Under the pieces are notes generated by a model. The model ran no database searches. It saw only the letters and a list, made by a program, of their open reading frames with translations, and was not told the origin of the DNA. DNA of 64,000 nt, taken from an uncultured Verrucomicrobiae bacterium (GTDB lineage: Bacteria > Verrucomicrobiota > Verrucomicrobiia > Limisphaerales > Palsa-1400). Shown here in pieces: positions 60,318 to 64,000 of this stretch. Numbering within the stretch: the stretch's first letter is position 1; each line of letters starts with the position of its first letter. Position numbers and translations under genes: made by a program. Where the stretch lies: assembly GCA_963764165.1 (NCBI GenBank), contig CAVXRD010000001.1:1568001-1632000 (forward strand). Direction: 5' to 3'.

Positions 60318-62207
60318 CTACTCGGATTCCTTGCCGGCGGGCTTGAGGATGGCGGATAGCAAGTCGGGTTTGGTTTTGTCGCGGACGAGCTGCAGGTACT
60401 TTAGGCCGTCAGCGTATTTGATGGTGATGGTGCGGTAGGTGTCGCCGTCAAGCATTAGGAAATCGATGTGGCGCTTTTCCACGCTGTCGGCGATGGCGTC
60501 CTTGAGATGATCGCTGGAGAATTTGATATTGTTGACACCGACGACGGTCATGCCGGGGGCGAAGCCGGCCTGGTCGCCGGGCATTCCGGGAGTGACACTG
60601 CTGACGCGGCCGCTGCCATCGATGCTCATTCCCAGCGTGTCGGATGCAGAGCCGCGATGGCCTTTCGGCGGCTCGGGGCTGTATTGGAGCCGGTAGCCGC
60701 AGCGTTCGAGCACGGTCAGCGGGAGATCTGTTTGGGTGACATCGACGCGATCGTGGATGAAGGTGGCCCAATCGTAGGGAGTGATGTCGTTCAGCGCTTT
60801 GATGACGTCAGCGCGCTCGTAGGGGACGATTTTATCCCGGCCGTCCGGGCCAAGGAATTTTTTGCAGAAGTCATCAAGGCTTTTATGGCCGTCGGATTCC
60901 TGACGGATAATCGCGTCGGCTTCGAGCCACAAAAGCGCGCCTTCTGGGTAGTAATCCTGCGAGCGGCGCCACGATCCCCAATTCGGACTATGGCCGCGCA
61001 ACGTGTAATTAGCGGTAGCGGTGTCCTCCAGAGGACGCCATTGCCGGCCCGCCGTGTGCATCAGCCCGTCAATGGTGCCAGTAAAGCCCGCCAGGAAATC
61101 ATTCGTCGAAACCAATCCGCTTCGCACCGAAAGCACGCCGCCGAGATATTCCGTCAAGCCTTCGTAAACCCAGAGAAGGCTTGTGCGCTCGGGTGTGTGA
61201 AAATTCGTCGTGACCATCCCGGCGGGGCGTTTGTGCTTGCCGCACCATGAATGGGTGAATTCATGCGGCAAAAGATCGGCGTCCCCCTCGAAGGCGCCTT
61301 CGTCGATCAACGAGCGCTCGCCCATTTGATCCATGCTGCTGGACAAATGCTCGACCCCTGCCCCGCCCGCCTGGTCGCTGCAGGTGCAAAGGAAATGGTA
61401 GTTGGTAAAATGCGCGCCGCCGTAAAGCCTGCTCGCTTCCTGCACCAATTTCCGAAACTTGCCGATCATTTTTTCATCCACTTGAACGGCAGCCTGCGAT
61501 TCCGAAACGACGTGCATGACAACTGTCGGGAATTTTTCGGGGTTCAAGTCAATCGTGCGCAAATATTCGCCGCAAATCAGCGGGCAATCGACAAGGTTGC
61601 GAAGCGAAGCGCTCTTAAACTCGAAGAGGCTGTTGGTTTCCCTGGCAACCGTAAGGGCCGTGCCGATGCGCCATTTGGGCGGCAGCAGCAATTTGACGCC
61701 AGCGGTGAGTTCGTCAATCGATGCGTCCTCGGGATAAAAAAGGCAGGTGTTCCAACTCATCACGCCAAGCTTTGAATTTCCGAAGCAATCGACGCCTTCG
61801 GAGTTCACCGATGGCTGGTTGCAAATGTAGTCAATACGAATAATCAGACGGTTCATTCCAGCGGGAATCGTGCATTCGATGCGGCAAGGCTCCGCGCCGT
61901 CGCGCTGCCAGGCGATGGGCTTTCCGTCCGGTGTTTCAAGGAAAAGGCCTCCGATATTCTCGACTGGCCCGCACGGCGCGTGCGTGCCGGGAATCCATTT
62001 GGGATACCACAGCGCCAGTTTTCCCGGATGCACGGGAATTTCCTCTCGCGCATGCACGAGGCGGCGCTGAATCTCGCGCGCGTCCACTTCCAATTTGATG
62101 GAATTGGTTTCCGCCGCCTGCGCGGGAAGAAGAACAAGCGCAGCGAGTGCGAACGGGGCGAGGCGTCCAAGAAACGTTTCCAATTTCAAATCCAGCGTCG
62201 CGTTCAT
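60318..62207 (-). CDS. M61 glycyl aminopeptidase family protein with PDZ domain
   Basis: YPKWIPGTH.P, G.EHLSSS, LPHEFTHSW.GK, LLWVYEGLTEY. Confidence 0.92.
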   Translation of the reverse strand: MNATLDLKLETFLGRLAPFALAALVLLPAQAAETNSIKLEVDAREIQRRLVHAREEIPVHPGKLALWYPKWIPGTHAPCGPVENIGGLFLETPDGKPIAWQRDGAEPCRIECTIPAGMNRLIIRIDYICNQPSVNSEGVDCFGNSKLGVMSWNTCLFYPEDASIDELTAGVKLLLPPKWRIGTALTVARETNSLFEFKSASLRNLVDCPLICGEYLRTIDLNPEKFPTVVMHVVSESQAAVQVDEKMIGKFRKLVQEASRLYGGAHFTNYHFLCTCSDQAGGAGVEHLSSSMDQMGERSLIDEGAFEGDADLLPHEFTHSWCGKHKRPAGMVTTNFHTPERTSLLWVYEGLTEYLGGVLSVRSGLVSTNDFLAGFTGTIDGLMHTAGRQWRPLEDTATANYTLRGHSPNWGSWRRSQDYYPEGALLWLEADAIIRQESDGHKSLDDFCKKFLGPDGRDKIVPYERADVIKALNDITPYDWATFIHDRVDVTQTDLPLTVLERCGYRLQYSPEPPKGHRGSASDTLGMSIDGSGRVSSVTPGMPGDQAGFAPGMTVVGVNNIKFSSDHLKDAIADSVEKRHIDFLMLDGDTYRTITIKYADGLKYLQLVRDKTKPDLLSAILKPAGKESE

Positions 62208-62211
62208 CGAG

Positions 62212-64000
62212 TTATTCCTTGGAAAGCACCGGCTTGAGGATGGCGGATAGCAAATCCGGTTTGGAAGGATCGCGAACAAGCGCCGGATACTTCAAACCGC
62301 CCGAGTAATCGACTGTCACCGCCCTGAACGTCTCGCCATCGAGAACCAGCAGGTCGAGTTTGTGCTTGGCCACGCTTTCGATCACCGCGTCGCGCAATCG
62401 GTTGGCCGTGAAATTTCGGTTATCGACGCCGATGACTTTCATGCCGGGGCCGAGTCCGGCTTTGTCACCCGGCGTTCCGGGAATGATGCCGTAAATGGTG
62501 CCATCGCCGCCGAATGAAATTCCCAGCGAGTCGGTGGTCGAGGGCACGCTTCCATTGTGTTCGGAGTCTTTCTGGGATTGCGAAGGAGTGTTAGTGTAAT
62601 CCAAACGGTATCCGCAGCGCTCCACCACGCTCAGCGGCATGTTCGATTGAGTCACGTCGACGCGTTCATGGATGAAGGCAGCCCAGTCGTAGGCGCTGAC
62701 GGCGTTCAAATCGCGAATCACATCGTCGCGCTTGTAGGGAACGATTTCGTCTTTGCCATCGGGGCCGAAGAATTTTTTGCAAAAATCGTCGAGACTATGC
62801 TGTCCATTTGACTGCTGGCGAATGATTGCATCGGCTTCCATCCAGAGCAGTTCGCCCTCGTCGTAGTAATCCTGCGAGCGACGCAAAACAGACCAGTTCC
62901 GGCTGCCTGCGCGCAATAAATAACTGGCGGTCGCGGTATCCTCCAGCGGACGCCAATTCCGCCCAGTCACGTGCGTGAGCGAATCAATTTCCTGCGCGAG
63001 CTGCGGGATGAAATCGTTGGTCGTTTCCAATCCGCTGCGAACCATCAGCACATGGCCCAGATACTCCGTCAGCCCTTCGTAAACCCAAAGCAGGCTTGTG
63101 CGTTCGGGCGTGTGGAAGTTCGTCGTGACCATCCCGGCGGGCCGGCGATGTTTCCCGCACCATGAATGAACAAACTCGTGCGGAATCAGCTCGGCCACCC
63201 AGCCCTTGCGCCGTTTGTCGTCAATCAAATCGCGTTCGCTTACGCCATTGAGGCTGCTGGAAAGATGCTCGAGTCCGTTCGGGCCGATGGCATCGCTCAG
63301 TGTCACCAGAAAATGAAATTCGGAAAAATGCCCCCCGCCAAACAAAGCACCCGCCTCGCTCGGCACATTATGATATTCCGTGACGACCTTTTCATCGAGT
63401 TGGAAGGCTTCCGGCGATTCGGCCACGAGATGCATGTAGGACGGCGGAAAGTTGACCGGCTTCAAATCGATGGTGCGCATATATTCCCCGCAAATCAGCG
63501 GGCAATCGACCAAATTGCGGAGCGAGAGGCGATTGAATTCAACGGTGGAACCCGTTTGCTGAACCGTTTTGAGCGCGGTGGCATAAGACCAGTTAGCCGG
63601 CAGCGTCAGGCGGACGGAGGCGAATTGTTCGTCAATCGAAACGTCCTCGGGATAATAGAAGCAGGTATACCAATTGATGACGCCGAGTTTGGAATCACCG
63701 AAACAGTCAGCGCCCTCGGAATTCACGGAAGCCTGATTGCATATATAATCCAGACGCAAAACAATGTGATCGACGTTGGTTGGAACCGTGCATTCGAGGC
63801 GGCACGGTTCAGCGCCGTCGCGCTTCCATTCAATTGCCTGGCCGCTGGGCGTTTCCAAATACAAGCCGCCGATGTTCTCGATTGGCCCGCCAGGCGAATG
63901 GGTGCCGGGCAGCCATTTCGGAAACCAGAGCGCGAGCTTTCCGGGATGCGCGGGAATCTCTTCGCGGGCGTGCAGAAGCCGGCGGGAAATCTCGCGCGCA
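62212..64000 (-). CDS. M61 peptidase paralogue, 5' end outside the window
   Basis: GLEHLSSS, IPHEFVHSWCGK; the frame stays open past 63864 (FPKWLPGTHSP) to the window edge. Confidence 0.92.
   Translation of the reverse strand, partial: AREISRRLLHAREEIPAHPGKLALWFPKWLPGTHSPGGPIENIGGLYLETPSGQAIEWKRDGAEPCRLECTVPTNVDHIVLRLDYICNQASVNSEGADCFGDSKLGVINWYTCFYYPEDVSIDEQFASVRLTLPANWSYATALKTVQQTGSTVEFNRLSLRNLVDCPLICGEYMRTIDLKPVNFPPSYMHLVAESPEAFQLDEKVVTEYHNVPSEAGALFGGGHFSEFHFLVTLSDAIGPNGLEHLSSSLNGVSERDLIDDKRRKGWVAELIPHEFVHSWCGKHRRPAGMVTTNFHTPERTSLLWVYEGLTEYLGHVLMVRSGLETTNDFIPQLAQEIDSLTHVTGRNWRPLEDTATASYLLRAGSRNWSVLRRSQDYYDEGELLWMEADAIIRQQSNGQHSLDDFCKKFFGPDGKDEIVPYKRDDVIRDLNAVSAYDWAAFIHERVDVTQSNMPLSVVERCGYRLDYTNTPSQSQKDSEHNGSVPSTTDSLGISFGGDGTIYGIIPGTPGDKAGLGPGMKVIGVDNRNFTANRLRDAVIESVAKHKLDLLVLDGETFRAVTVDYSGGLKYPALVRDPSKPDLLSAILKPVLSKE

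Overview
64 kb of GC-rich bacterial DNA. The gene content (prepilin/H-X9-DG proteins, DUF1501 with DUF1549/DUF1553, secreted proteins ending in an FYR-type C-terminus) suggests a PVC-superphylum organism, probably Verrucomicrobiota; this is inference. 1-6.05 kb is the right end of an integrative element (membrane protein, VirD4/TraD-like ATPase with a C-terminal nuclease-like domain, HTH regulator, large serine recombinase) inserted in comM/yifB. A second, decayed copy of the comM 5' end lies upstream. The rest is accessory and metabolic DNA: tandem secreted beta-helix paralogues, GH30, GH43, GH44, an alginate-lyase-family gene, a PVC-type DUF1501 operon, two M61 peptidases, a DUF2075 helicase and many intact or decayed toxin-antitoxin modules. 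The most striking signal is non-coding. (1) Four dispersed copies of a ~190-bp module with back-to-back sigma70-like promoters, a hairpin plus boxA-like motif and three 10-bp tandem repeats; one copy fronts a DUF3486/Mu-gp27-like ORF and a second fronts a homologous truncated start. (2) Three orphan iteron plus IHF-site modules, two of them linked to module (1). (3) A REP doublet whose core is inverted relative to its immediate flanks. (4) Two MITEs. (5) In-frame palindromic insertions in the comM copy. No rRNA, tRNA or CRISPR array was recognised. All family assignments come from motif recognition by eye, not database searches.
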